This document shows positions 9,814-19,526 of a stretch of 25,739 nt of DNA, piece after piece (the first letter of the stretch is position 1; each line of letters begins with the position of its first letter). The notes below the pieces were generated by a model. The model made no database searches. It saw only the letters and a program-made list of their open reading frames with translations, and was not told where the DNA came from. Location of the stretch: the IMG/VR virus record IMGVR_UViG_3300031655_000038, positions 1 through 25,739 of that record, one strand, 5' to 3'. Origin of the DNA: a virus (Duplodnaviria > Caudoviricetes). The translations under genes were made by a program, and so were the position numbers.

Positions 9814-10516
9814 TCAGTATCTCCTTTTTACCTGTTTGCACATTATAACGCTCATTGGGTTCCTGACGGATATAGATCAGGTCAGTCATAAGCTGACAAT
9901 ACTTTAACCATTCAGGTTCATTAGACAGCGTACGATAGGCTTCTTTTACAACAGATAACCTATTGGACGTTGGTACCATTAGCAGGATTTTCTCAGCCTT
10001 CTTGATACCGATACCTTTAATACCGGGTATACCGTCTGTACTATCACCTGTTAACATCTGTAAGTGTAACAGTAGATGCGCACCGTCTATGTCGGCAGGG
10101 TGGTGTATATCTTTTTGAGGGTTATACACTGGTACAGGTACAGTCCGCAGATCTTTATCTGGACTGATTATGGTACCATTGTTAGCCATTGCAAGATAGG
10201 CTACTACATCATCAGCTTCTTCACCATCAGCTTTAATAGCCTTATAGTGGTTAACCAATCGCTCGTATACAGCATCCATGATAGCTTTCTTTTCAGGGTC
10301 TTCTTCAGACTTTCGGTGAGATTTATACTGTGGGTATATATCGTGCCTAAAGTTTCCTTTACCCTTAACTACAAAGGTTACATCATCTATATGTGCCCAT
10401 AGTTCTGCTAAGACTGCCTCTATAGAATGGTCTAGTTTCTCTAAAGCTTCTTCAAGTGTTTTATCACCCCAAGAAGCTACATATACTAATGCATCAGCAT
10501 CATAGTAATATTTCAT
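9806..10516 (-). CDS. T7 gp6-like 5'-3' exonuclease
   Basis: DADAL, NFRHDIYPQYKSHR, EADD, SPDKDL, GDSTDGIPGIKGIG; start moved to ATG 10516 after GGAGG. Confidence 0.93.
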   Translation of the reverse strand: MKYYYDADALVYVASWGDKTLEEALEKLDHSIEAVLAELWAHIDDVTFVVKGKGNFRHDIYPQYKSHRKSEEDPEKKAIMDAVYERLVNHYKAIKADGEEADDVVAYLAMANNGTIISPDKDLRTVPVPVYNPQKDIHHPADIDGAHLLLHLQMLTGDSTDGIPGIKGIGIKKAEKILLMVPTSNRLSVVKEAYRTLSNEPEWLKYCQLMTDLIYIRQEPNERYNVQTGKKEILNA

Positions 10517-10529
10517 CAGTGAACCTCCA

Positions 10530-10721
10530 TTATATTGTTGTAGCTTCAGCATTATTATAATCTGGGTTGGCCCCTACTAGAGAGCAAAACTCAGTTATAG
10601 CTAGTTCTTCGGCTTCTTCTTGGCTGATAGCATCGATATAAATAGTACGTTCTATGCTACCTTCTACAACATTAATTATAAAACCTTTTAAGAATTTCTT
10701 ACTAATTGGTTTACTATTCAT
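10530..10721 (-). CDS. Small hypothetical protein
   Basis: 63-aa ORF coupled (TAATG) to the DNA polymerase stop. Confidence 0.65.
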   Translation of the reverse strand: MNSKPISKKFLKGFIINVVEGSIERTIYIDAISQEEAEELAITEFCSLVGANPDYNNAEATTI

Positions 10722-12541
10722 TAGTGTACCTCCAGATAGTCATTACCACATTTAACATCACCAGCGCACATAAGAGTTATGCCAAATTTCTTAGGTGTTT
10801 CTTCAAAGCAACGTCTTATAATTCCTTCTGCTTGACCAGCATCAACAGGGTCTATTTCCCAGCTACACTCATCGTGATACGCAAGTAATTGTAAGAACTT
10901 TATACCAGCGGCTTCGAATCCTTCATTGATATCTACTATAGTGTGTTTGAAGATGATAGCTTCTGTACCTTGAATAAGATAACAAAATGCTTTATAGCTT
11001 TCTTCTACGATAATCTTTCGACCATCAACACCATATAAATATCCTCTCTGTGCTGCAACTTGTGATCTTTTTGTTAGATCACGCAGAGTAGGCCATCGAT
11101 TAAGAAACTTATTCTTGGCTTTATTACCAGCAGATTCAGGTATACCTAAGATGCTAGCTAGTTTACGCCCACCTGCACCGAAAGCCCATGCAAAGAAGAA
11201 TGGTTTAGCCTCTGCTCTAGAACATCCTATTGCATCAGCGTTCTTCTGGTGTATATCACCTATGGTAATTTCTTTTATGAACTCTTTATCTTTAGTAAAG
11301 TGTGCCATGATACGGGCTTGGTAAGATGCACCATCTGCTGATATGATTGTTTTACCTTTAGGGACTTTGAATAACTTACGTATTTCAGAGCCATAGGCAG
11401 CTTTAGGGGAAGGTATATTAGCTATACCGATATGTGTTTGCCTACCTGTGGCAGCACCTATATCTATTACATCACCATGAAGACGACTATTCCAGTACAT
11501 CTTTTCCCATCCTGTTAGTACTGATAGCCTAGCACGTAGCGTGAAGAACCTATCTATCATAACACCAGTTGGCCCTATACGTGTTAAGGCACTGGTAGTT
11601 AGTTTAGGTGAGGTCTTTACAAAGGAACCATCTACTTTCTTGAAGTTCCAGTCATCCCATACAACACCATTACGCTCTAGGTAGTCTTTCAGATGATCTT
11701 GATTGCCTATACGTGCAGGTGTCAGTACACTCCGTTGAAAGTTGGTACCGGGTGCTATAGGGGGTGGTACCTTCAACGCATCGGAAGGGTCTACATAAGT
11801 ACCTAAGTACTCACCTAAGACTCTGGCAGATACAGAGGTGTACTCGCCATTCTTCTTATACTTAGGTGATTTAGGTTCCTTATCAATCATTATTGTTATT
11901 GAGCCAAGGAGGGGTTCTACAGTTTCTTCAATGTGGGTTAATTCATCTTGAATTAATTTCATTAAATTTAACTTACCTTCTTGGTCAAACTCCCAGCCGT
12001 TAGCACATTGCATGGCTGTATAGTGAGACATTTTATGCTCAATATCAATAGCTTGTTGATATTTACCTGAAGTATTACTTAGGATAATATCAGCTTCCTT
12101 GACTATTCTATGATAGATAGCTTCGTTTACAGTGACATCCTGTATACAATACTCCATCATTTCAGGACTGTATTCAGACCAGTCATTATAATCACCTTTG
12201 GGGAAGTTCAGATTCTCACCCCAAGACTTCATACTATGTTTACCTATTCTGTTGAACTGATTTAAGCGTGACATGATTAACGTATCATAGATCTTTTCAC
12301 AGGGTATGGTATAACCTAGTATCTTTGTGATAGCAGGACCATCAAACCTTATGAAGTTATGACCTATGATACGATCAGCAGCTTCCATATAGGGGATAGC
12401 TTCAGCATTATTAGGTAGATTGTCATCATAGTCTGAGAATGATAATGTACTACCATTTACCTCTTTGATTGCTATACACCAGATTGAGGTTAATTCTGTT
12501 AATAACCCATCAGTCTCAATGTCTACAATTATATTTTTCAT
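10721..12541 (-). CDS. Family A (T7-like) DNA polymerase with 3'-5' exonuclease
   Basis: ExoI DIETDG, ExoII GHNFIRFD, ExoIII YCIQDV, TGR, motif A SADGASYQAR, motif B RAEAKPFFFAWAFG, motif C YHDE. Confidence 0.97.
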   Translation of the reverse strand: MKNIIVDIETDGLLTELTSIWCIAIKEVNGSTLSFSDYDDNLPNNAEAIPYMEAADRIIGHNFIRFDGPAITKILGYTIPCEKIYDTLIMSRLNQFNRIGKHSMKSWGENLNFPKGDYNDWSEYSPEMMEYCIQDVTVNEAIYHRIVKEADIILSNTSGKYQQAIDIEHKMSHYTAMQCANGWEFDQEGKLNLMKLIQDELTHIEETVEPLLGSITIMIDKEPKSPKYKKNGEYTSVSARVLGEYLGTYVDPSDALKVPPPIAPGTNFQRSVLTPARIGNQDHLKDYLERNGVVWDDWNFKKVDGSFVKTSPKLTTSALTRIGPTGVMIDRFFTLRARLSVLTGWEKMYWNSRLHGDVIDIGAATGRQTHIGIANIPSPKAAYGSEIRKLFKVPKGKTIISADGASYQARIMAHFTKDKEFIKEITIGDIHQKNADAIGCSRAEAKPFFFAWAFGAGGRKLASILGIPESAGNKAKNKFLNRWPTLRDLTKRSQVAAQRGYLYGVDGRKIIVEESYKAFCYLIQGTEAIIFKHTIVDINEGFEAAGIKFLQLLAYHDECSWEIDPVDAGQAEGIIRRCFEETPKKFGITLMCAGDVKCGNDYLEVH

Positions 12542-12550
12542 ATAACCTCC

Positions 12551-12742
12551 TTAAAGGTCTTGGCCCTCATTGGAGCCACCTAGGTTAAGCTCTTCGGGGG
12601 TAACATACCCATCATTGATAAGTACTTGCTCTAGTGAATTTAATACATCTTCAGCGGTTTGGTGACCTCTTGTGTATTGCTTTACTAGATTAATTACTTT
12701 TTCAGATAACAGTTCTACAGTACCCATGCTGATATTCCCCAT
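12551..12742 (-). CDS. Small hypothetical protein
   Basis: 63-aa ORF in the operon. Confidence 0.6.
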   Translation of the reverse strand: MGNISMGTVELLSEKVINLVKQYTRGHQTAEDVLNSLEQVLINDGYVTPEELNLGGSNEGQDL

Positions 12743-12924
12743 AGAACACCGATAGATGCAACACCTACTGTAAATCCTAGCAATCTATCACGCCCAGATT
12801 TTGCTACTAGATAATTAGGGCAGCGGCTACCATGATCTCTACGATAGTTGGCACGATTTTTACCAGTTTTACCGCAGTGTTCACATTCCCAAGGCTTCTG
12901 GGTACCTTTAGTTTTACTATTCAT
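12715..12924 (-). CDS. Small zinc-finger protein with C-terminal TM segment
   Basis: CEHC...H...C plus hydrophobic tail LLGFTVGVASIGVLWGISAWVL; GAGG SD. Confidence 0.7.
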   Translation of the reverse strand: MNSKTKGTQKPWECEHCGKTGKNRANYRRDHGSRCPNYLVAKSGRDRLLGFTVGVASIGVLWGISAWVL

Positions 12925-12941
12925 AATTATTTCCTCTTTTT

Positions 12942-12966
12942 AGAATAAGGGGCCATTGCTGACCCC
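12942..12966 (-). terminator. Probable intrinsic terminator/hairpin after the SSB gene
   Basis: Minus strand GGGGTCA-GCAA-TGGCCCC followed by TTATTCT; GNRA loop. Confidence 0.65.
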
Positions 12967-12972
12967 ACAAGT

Positions 12973-13464
12973 TTAAAAGTCCGCAGCTTCTACTGCATCA
13001 CCTTCAATACCGAAGTCATCACTATCAGACTTTGGCTCATACTTCACTAGATCGGTGATCTGTATAGCCAATAACTGTACACCAGTGCCAGCTTTACCAT
13101 TAAAGTTATACTCGTAAGAGAATAGCTTAACATGGCCTTTAGAGCCGTGACCAATATTACGTGGATTGATAGCTGTTTTAGATTTAGCTGCATCTAATAC
13201 TTCTGGAGCCTCGTTAACGTCACCTGCCTTGTTGGTGGTAGGGCGTTTTACGTTACCGAAGAAGTAACCATCGTCATGCTTCTTAATACCAACACCTAGA
13301 TCAGTTAGACGCTTTGCAGTGTCTTGATCGTTGGTCCGAAGTTGGACATCCCAAATATCATTGCCGAATGGGGCATGTGGGCTAGCTAAGTGAGGATAGT
13401 GGAATTCCACATCACGGACTACTGCTACTTGGGTGCTGTTTTTCTTTGTTGCTTTTGCGTTCAT
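12973..13464 (-). CDS. Phage single-stranded DNA-binding protein (T7 gp2.5-like)
   Basis: IGHGSKGHV...LLAIQITDLVKY pattern, acidic tail ending in F, located in the replication module. Confidence 0.8.
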   Translation of the reverse strand: MNAKATKKNSTQVAVVRDVEFHYPHLASPHAPFGNDIWDVQLRTNDQDTAKRLTDLGVGIKKHDDGYFFGNVKRPTTNKAGDVNEAPEVLDAAKSKTAINPRNIGHGSKGHVKLFSYEYNFNGKAGTGVQLLAIQITDLVKYEPKSDSDDFGIEGDAVEAADF

Positions 13465-13531
13465 AATAATACTTCCTATTGATTGATTTTACTACGGTTT
13501 ATTCTTTTAGAAGAGAATCCTCTAGGTAGAA

Positions 13532-13885
13532 TCACCTTTTACCATTGTCTTCAATGTCTTTATGAAGACGTTCAAGGTACCATAAGGCCTTACCTAGGTC
13601 TTGTAGTACTGCATCTTTCTTACCTAACCTGAACATATACTTATAAGCATTAGCTAGACTAGCTGCTTGAGAGCCTTTCCATCCTTTAAGCACATGGTCC
13701 ATGATATCAAAGTATTCAAATCCGGGCACAATTTCTTTATAGTGACCGGGATTGATAGCTGCTTGTCTTAGACTTAGCTCATGATCTGATGGAAAGGTAT
13801 CATTTATCTCAGCGAGTGTCGGTTCGCCTCGATTCACATTACCCAACTCATCGATCAAGTCATTGGTCTTAGTTTTTTTCGTCAT
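13532..13885 (-). CDS. DUF3310 / T7 gp1.7-like protein
   Basis: INPGHYK...NAYKYMFRLGKKD...DLGKALWYL. Confidence 0.85.
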   Translation of the reverse strand: MTKKTKTNDLIDELGNVNRGEPTLAEINDTFPSDHELSLRQAAINPGHYKEIVPGFEYFDIMDHVLKGWKGSQAASLANAYKYMFRLGKKDAVLQDLGKALWYLERLHKDIEDNGKR

Positions 13886-13928
13886 ACTATTTACTCCAGT
13901 TGATCCCTTCTCTTAAAGGGTGCTATGG

Positions 13929-14783
13929 TTATACACTAAGTTTCCTTAGCATAATGGTTTTCATCCGACGCTTCAAGGTCGATGCAGCCCAGTTGACGGT
14001 CGTACCTGTACATGACTTCCAACCATCGGTGGTCATAGTTCGGACGACATAACGGGTTTCATATCTTAAGAAGGCTGGATGTTTGAAGTCGTGGTATTTT
14101 ACTAGCGTACCTTTGTCCGGGATATGTTCTTCTTCCCATGCTTTAGCAACTTCTATTTGCTTTACTCTAGATATGGGTCTACGTATAGTAACAACTTTAG
14201 TTGCGTAGGCTTCATAACCCTCAGGTGTGGTTGGTAGTTGGTTTGCATCAAGCACCATTGCTTCTCTACCTGCAATATCTTGTATGGATAGGTCTTTTCG
14301 GACAACTTTACGGACCCACGATGGACCGATTTGTATACTATAATGTAGGTAATTCATTATATTACCATTAGTATTATACTCTAACCGATGTAGATCACCA
14401 CCAATATGTATTTCAGGACAATCATGGTTGCTTAGTACTGTGGCGGTTTTTACTGCTATCTCTTTTAGTTTATTTAAACCTCCATGTCTATCATTGCCAT
14501 TAGGTAGCTTCGCAAGTGATTCTCTTGCTACTTTCATATCTCCTATACGAGATAGTATGGTATTATAAGCGCTTCGGAGTAGTTCATGGGGGATGTAGTT
14601 AGGGTCTTCTGTACTGATATCCCCCTGATACCCACCCCATCGATAATCATCACCCTTTACTTTAGCTATATCTTGAGGTTTTATTTGATATAATCGTAGC
14701 AATGTATCTATATCAGTACGATAACTTAGGACTCGTGTATTAAGCTTTACTAAGTCTGTTCTTTGATGCTCTAATCTACTCAT
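13929..14783 (-). CDS. Hypothetical protein
   Basis: 284-aa ORF with GAGG SD; no recognised motif. Confidence 0.8.
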   Translation of the reverse strand: MSRLEHQRTDLVKLNTRVLSYRTDIDTLLRLYQIKPQDIAKVKGDDYRWGGYQGDISTEDPNYIPHELLRSAYNTILSRIGDMKVARESLAKLPNGNDRHGGLNKLKEIAVKTATVLSNHDCPEIHIGGDLHRLEYNTNGNIMNYLHYSIQIGPSWVRKVVRKDLSIQDIAGREAMVLDANQLPTTPEGYEAYATKVVTIRRPISRVKQIEVAKAWEEEHIPDKGTLVKYHDFKHPAFLRYETRYVVRTMTTDGWKSCTGTTVNWAASTLKRRMKTIMLRKLSV

Positions 14784-14784
14784 T

Positions 14785-15924
14785 TTAGATTCCTCTTAAG
14801 TCTAGAACTTTACCGAAAGGTGCTTCTTGAGCACCTGTTGAACACCATAGTACAGGGTAGTATGGTGCTTGATCTGGGAAGTTAGAAGATCCTACTTCCA
14901 TATCAGAGAAGTATATCATTTGATCTATTTCCACATCATATTTTTCTACATACTCAAATACAGGTTTGAAGCAAGTGCCACCTCTACCTGTTACATGAAG
15001 TTCAGTGATATCATCACCGGGGTAGAAGGTAGAAGCACTGCTTACACCTGAGTCATTGTACAGTATTGTTATGGATTCATAGCCACAAGTTTGACTAATA
15101 CTGTTTAATTCAGATAAGAAGGATTCTAACTCTTTAGTTGATACTGAACCAGATGTATCAAGCCCACATACGATATTACCCATACCATGATGGTCTGTTG
15201 AGGGCATATAGATATCATAAGCACTTAACATTTTCCTATTAGGCTTTCTCCACGTTTGGTCATCAGGATTATTACCGCGCAAGGTGTTTTCCAATACCTC
15301 CTGCCACACTACCTTGGGCGCTCGGATTTTATCAACTAGCTCTTGCAACTGTCCAGGTATATGACCTTGTTTCTTTGAAGCATCTTCAGCAGCTTGAGTA
15401 GCCATTTGTTCAATGTCTGCTTTAAGCTCTGATTTCTCTGCATCTGACAGGTCTTTATTCTCATCAATATGATCGAAGATTTCAGCTATAGTGGGGTCAG
15501 CCGCCATTTGTTGATACTTTTCTTCTTGCTCTATGATGGAGTAAACTTGTTGCCAAGTCATTCCTTTGAACCTAGCTTCAGGCATTATACCTTCTTTAGG
15601 CAGTTTGTAGTTGCATTCGTTTTGTACAACTTCATTGATAACAAAGTCCATAGCTATGTTAGCTAAGGTTTTATTCTTATCTCCTAGAGGTATACAATGT
15701 ACAAACAATACATGTAATATCTCATGACATATAAGACCTACAGTTTCTTCTTCAGAGCAGTTATCAATAAACTCAGGTGACCACAATATAGACTTACCAT
15801 CTGTACAAGCGGTAGATATACGGGGTTCTGGTCTTACGTCTAAGCGCAATGCACAAGATCCAAAGAATGGATCTTCACAAGCTAGCTTAGTCAAGGCTCT
15901 ACTTATTTTCAGTTTTGCTTCCAT
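14785..15924 (-). CDS. DUF2201-type metallopeptidase-like + VWA domain protein
   Basis: TACTDG, HEILH (HExxH), MIDAS DTSGS, GRGGT, YFSD. Confidence 0.9.
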   Translation of the reverse strand: MEAKLKISRALTKLACEDPFFGSCALRLDVRPEPRISTACTDGKSILWSPEFIDNCSEEETVGLICHEILHVLFVHCIPLGDKNKTLANIAMDFVINEVVQNECNYKLPKEGIMPEARFKGMTWQQVYSIIEQEEKYQQMAADPTIAEIFDHIDENKDLSDAEKSELKADIEQMATQAAEDASKKQGHIPGQLQELVDKIRAPKVVWQEVLENTLRGNNPDDQTWRKPNRKMLSAYDIYMPSTDHHGMGNIVCGLDTSGSVSTKELESFLSELNSISQTCGYESITILYNDSGVSSASTFYPGDDITELHVTGRGGTCFKPVFEYVEKYDVEIDQMIYFSDMEVGSSNFPDQAPYYPVLWCSTGAQEAPFGKVLDLRGI

Positions 15925-16333
15925 CTTTATTCTCCTTAATTAATAACCAGCCTTCATCACCACACCATTGATAAGCTGTACCCCAGTCATCAGTGGCGGT
16001 ACCGGTGACAGTGAAGGCTATTTTCTCTGCGTACTGTAGCAGGGCGACGGCATCACCGGGTGTTTTAAATTGGATGCGCAGTTCATTTTCATCACCACTC
16101 ATAATGGCGTTATGATCATTTCTTGCATTCCATTTGGTAATGAAGTGATGCTCGAAGTTAGTTCCTTTCGGACAACTTCTAAGTATATTCATCCACCAGA
16201 AACTTGAATTACCATCTTCATACTGTTTGGTTAGTCTCATTTTTGATTGGACAGCTTTTAGGAGTATGTGTCTTGCTTTATTTTTGGCAACACTACCCTT
16301 TGCTGTCAGGGTTATATCTATCTTTGCTTCCAT
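15899..16333 (-). CDS. Hypothetical protein
   Basis: 144-aa ORF with GAGG SD, overlapping both neighbours. Confidence 0.75.
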   Translation of the reverse strand: MEAKIDITLTAKGSVAKNKARHILLKAVQSKMRLTKQYEDGNSSFWWMNILRSCPKGTNFEHHFITKWNARNDHNAIMSGDENELRIQFKTPGDAVALLQYAEKIAFTVTGTATDDWGTAYQWCGDEGWLLIKENKDGSKTENK

Positions 16334-16547
16334 CTTTTTGTACCTCTTCCATTATTGCCTTTCTTATAGAAGGCCAAGGTACTCCCAGTTTATAGAGTAC
16401 ATCACGTTTATTACGGGCAGCTTCTTTTTGATCTTCTGGCAATTCAGCAATGTATTTTTGCACTTTACTACGGATAGCCATACTTGTTTTAAAGTTTGCG
16501 TAATGACTGTTTTCTGTATTTGTTAGTAGGTCGTTAAGGAATTTCAT
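16293..16547 (-). CDS. Hypothetical protein (tandem paralog)
   Basis: Shares TS.AIR..V.K.I..LPE...EA.R.K..VLYK.G..W..I..AI with 16534-16752. Confidence 0.8.
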   Translation of the reverse strand: MKFLNDLLTNTENSHYANFKTSMAIRSKVQKYIAELPEDQKEAARNKRDVLYKLGVPWPSIRKAIMEEVQKDGSKDRYNPDSKG

Positions 16548-16752
16548 TTATTTCTCCTAAGATCGCTACTTTAATACCTTTCCAACTTATTCCCATCTTA
16601 TACAGGACTCTAAGCTTTTCACGTTGGGCTTCTTGCTTTTCTTCAGGTAGATTGTTAATGTGTTTTAGTACTCGATGACGTATGGCGTTACTTGTCATAA
16701 AGTCAGTATAATCATCATGGTCAGCTTGTCTTATAATTAGCTTGTCAGTCAT
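16534..16752 (-). CDS. Hypothetical protein (tandem paralog)
   Basis: Clear similarity to 16293-16547; GGAG SD. Confidence 0.8.
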   Translation of the reverse strand: MTDKLIIRQADHDDYTDFMTSNAIRHRVLKHINNLPEEKQEAQREKLRVLYKMGISWKGIKVAILGEINEIP

Positions 16753-17004
16753 TTATTTCTCCTCTAATTTCAGTTGAGTTATAATGGTATTCATATCTAT
16801 ACCTAATCTATGAAGAACTAATAATTTTTCAAACTCCGATATAAACTTTTCAACACATAGTCTATTTGTGGAGTTAGGGTTATTAATACTGTAGTGGCCT
16901 CTCCCTGCATTCCATAAATTATGTAATTTTATAGTGTTGCGTATTGAATCCTCTGAAGGCATCGAGTGTTTCGATACCTTCATTAGATTTTCTAGAGTAT
17001 CCAT
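16753..17004 (-). CDS. Hypothetical protein (distant paralog of the two downstream genes)
   Basis: EKLLVLHRLGI resembles EKLRVLYKMGI. Confidence 0.7.
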   Translation of the reverse strand: MDTLENLMKVSKHSMPSEDSIRNTIKLHNLWNAGRGHYSINNPNSTNRLCVEKFISEFEKLLVLHRLGIDMNTIITQLKLEEK

Positions 17005-17012
17005 AGGGTATC

Positions 17013-18035
17013 CTATAGTAGAAGGTCTTTACCTGTTGACAGTAGCCAATCACTGATAGGGCCTTTACCTTTGGCTAGATCAGGCTTACGTTTGATTGCA
17101 GTACGTATAGCCATGGCAGAGAATTCTTTCTTCTCGATACGATCTATCAGAGTAGTGAAATTCTTGGCTGAACTTTCAGTAACGTAGGCAGCTATTGCAC
17201 TACAGAAAGCATACAGAACTGCAGGTTTCTCAGGTATCATAGCTCCTAATGGATTAGCTAAAGACTTGATAGGGTCTGGTAGATCTCTCATAATCTTAAT
17301 GAAACCTATGAAGTCAGCACTTGCTGCACTACCGACTTGACCTGCTAATGTAATCATTTCTAAGTCTGATGGTAGACCTAGACCTACAATGGTATTAGCT
17401 CTTTCCCATGAACGTGGTGAGGGCGATACATTTACGTTAGCATCGAACATAGATAGGTATTCAGGTCTATGTAATAGAAATCCTGTAACCTCTGGAGTAA
17501 AATCTCTCTTGAAAGCATAATCTAAGAATGCTTCCGTATCTGGTTCGATATCAAAGTGTGTAAGACGATCTTTAAGGTGACTAGGCATTGCGTTAGTACC
17601 TGCTCGTGAGGCCATAGGATTACCTGCACATACTACAGTCCAACCTCTTGGTAGTTTATGCTCACCGATACGACCTTCGTTAACTAACTGAGCAGCAATG
17701 TTTTGGTTGCTAACAGGAGATTGTGGCAATTCATCTAGGAACAGAATACCTTGGCTATCTTCTTCAAAGGCCATGAAGAAAGGTTTAGCACGATTATATT
17801 GCTTTCGATCTTCTGATAATACAGGGAAGCCGCCTAACTCACCTGAATCGAATTGTGCGAATATTACTGTTCGGCACTCGATGTCTAGGTCTTCGGCTAC
17901 TTGTTTAACGATAGCAGATTTACCTAATCCGGGAGCTGAGTGTAGCATAGGTATTAGTTGTAATTCTTTTGAATCTGCATTCAAGTTAAATTTTACTAAA
18001 CCTTTTACTACTTCTTTTGCTTGTGAAATTTTCAT
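17013..18035 (-). CDS. MoxR-like AAA+ ATPase
   Basis: Walker A APGLGKS, Walker B ILFLDE, VVCAGN, LKDR, PSPRSW; near the VWA gene. Confidence 0.92.
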   Translation of the reverse strand: MKISQAKEVVKGLVKFNLNADSKELQLIPMLHSAPGLGKSAIVKQVAEDLDIECRTVIFAQFDSGELGGFPVLSEDRKQYNRAKPFFMAFEEDSQGILFLDELPQSPVSNQNIAAQLVNEGRIGEHKLPRGWTVVCAGNPMASRAGTNAMPSHLKDRLTHFDIEPDTEAFLDYAFKRDFTPEVTGFLLHRPEYLSMFDANVNVSPSPRSWERANTIVGLGLPSDLEMITLAGQVGSAASADFIGFIKIMRDLPDPIKSLANPLGAMIPEKPAVLYAFCSAIAAYVTESSAKNFTTLIDRIEKKEFSAMAIRTAIKRKPDLAKGKGPISDWLLSTGKDLLL

Positions 18036-18103
18036 AATTATTTCCTACTTATTGAGTTATAGAGTATTTTAGCTAGGCTCTCTATAGGCCTTATTGGGTA
18101 TTA

Positions 18104-18316
18104 TTAATTCAGGGTTATTACCCCACCTTCTTCAAGGTCTTTTAAGACAAGATTAGTATACATCAGAATATACTCATCTAGTTTTTCATGCATGTTTTTC
18201 TTGGCGAGCACGATTAGATGTTCATCACATGTATTAACATGTAGGTTGATTGAGTACTCTACTTCAACCATGAACTCTTCGAAGGCCGCATCTGTTGTTT
18301 CTTCGTTTATGTCCAT
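18104..18316 (-). CDS. Small acidic hypothetical protein
   Basis: 70-aa ORF rich in Glu/Asp. Confidence 0.65.
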   Translation of the reverse strand: MDINEETTDAAFEEFMVEVEYSINLHVNTCDEHLIVLAKKNMHEKLDEYILMYTNLVLKDLEEGGVITLN

Positions 18317-18317
18317 A

Positions 18318-18482
18318 TTAGTCTCTCGTTAATTTTTCGAGTTGAGCGTTAAGGACTAGTATTCTTTTTTCACCATATTTACTAAAGTAGTTATTACGGT
18401 CTACTATTTCCTCATAATTTAATATTTCATTTTTTATATGATTTACTTTCTTTTGATAGGCCAATTTTTCTTTTAATGTCAT
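18318..18482 (-). CDS. 54-aa hypothetical protein (not in ORF track)
   Basis: MTLKEKLAYQKKVNHIKNEIL...LTRD*, after GGAGG, fills the gap exactly. Confidence 0.65.
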   Translation of the reverse strand: MTLKEKLAYQKKVNHIKNEILNYEEIVDRNNYFSKYGEKRILVLNAQLEKLTRD

Positions 18483-18483
18483 G

Positions 18484-18897
18484 TTACCTCCGATAGAATG
18501 TATGTTGATCGATAGTCATTACTTTGTTCATTTCGTAGGCCCAATTTGGTGGGTCAATCCATGTTGCATGGTAGTGGGTTGCACCACCGCTGATATCTGT
18601 TACTCTTTTATAATAGATATTAGAGGCTAGTATTGTAGATTCTAAGAAATCGTGATCATTGGTAGGTATGTCAGACATACCATCACAGAACCAACTGTAC
18701 TGGCATTTGTGTCTGATGGGGTCTTTACTCCATCCGTTGTATTTTGCTTGCTTTACAACTTCACATACTTCATTTGGATAATGTTTATCAGCTACTCTAT
18801 TCATTGTAGAGAAACCTACGGCCAATTGCCCTGCAAGACTTTCACTTCTTGCTTCGAAGTATAGGTTAAGGGCTAAACACATTATAGAACTAAGCAT
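18484..18897 (-). CDS. SleB-like cell wall hydrolase (Hydrolase_2)
   Basis: CLALNLYFEARSE...MNRV...CQYSW...GATHYHA...P.WA...HTFY. Confidence 0.92.
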   Translation of the reverse strand: MLSSIMCLALNLYFEARSESLAGQLAVGFSTMNRVADKHYPNEVCEVVKQAKYNGWSKDPIRHKCQYSWFCDGMSDIPTNDHDFLESTILASNIYYKRVTDISGGATHYHATWIDPPNWAYEMNKVMTIDQHTFYRR

Positions 18898-19168
18898 TAA
18901 TAATGTCCTCTATCATTTTTTCTCTACGAATTTTGTAGATTTTCTTCAGGTCATGAGTGAACATAGCAGTGCCACAACTATTTGCGGACCTTCCAAGGAG
19001 TTTACCTATTTGTATATAGGTGAGACCGAGGGCTTTAAGGTCTGTGAGTTTATTTAATTCTTTAGTAGACCAATGAACTATTTCTCGCTTTACTGTTTTG
19101 GTTTTACAGTTTGACAGTTTTCCTGTTCCGAAATTAAAATTGATTTTAGGTTTAAATATTAAACTCAT
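18890..19168 (-). CDS. Myb/GcrA-like HTH protein
   Basis: WSTKELNKL...GLTYIQIGKLLGRSANSC. Confidence 0.7.
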   Translation of the reverse strand: MSLIFKPKINFNFGTGKLSNCKTKTVKREIVHWSTKELNKLTDLKALGLTYIQIGKLLGRSANSCGTAMFTHDLKKIYKIRREKMIEDIINA

Positions 19169-19184
19169 AGATTACTCCTTTATA

Positions 19185-19526
19185 TTATTTTTCTATTTTC
19201 CATTCTTCTACTACGGTACTGGGGCTAAGGCCTAGTTTAATTCTATCTTTTGGGCGATTATCTTCACCTAAAGGTTTATTAGACGTGTGTATTTCTAGAT
19301 TGTTTGCAATTTGATTAACAAACTTCTCATATACATTTGCCATTTCATTTAAGTCTTTTATAGATGATACATCAACTAGCTTCATCATTTTATTTGCTAC
19401 TTGATGAAGGGTTGAGTGGTACGTTTTTACCTCATAGGTCATTCTCGGGGTGACTCTTACTTCTGATAATATCCAGTTGTATTTATCACCTGATAGTATA
19501 AACTCATCACTTAGTTTAATCATCAC
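19185..19526 (-). CDS. Hypothetical protein
   Basis: 113-aa ORF with GGAG SD. Confidence 0.75.
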   Translation of the reverse strand: MMIKLSDEFILSGDKYNWILSEVRVTPRMTYEVKTYHSTLHQVANKMMKLVDVSSIKDLNEMANVYEKFVNQIANNLEIHTSNKPLGEDNRPKDRIKLGLSPSTVVEEWKIEK

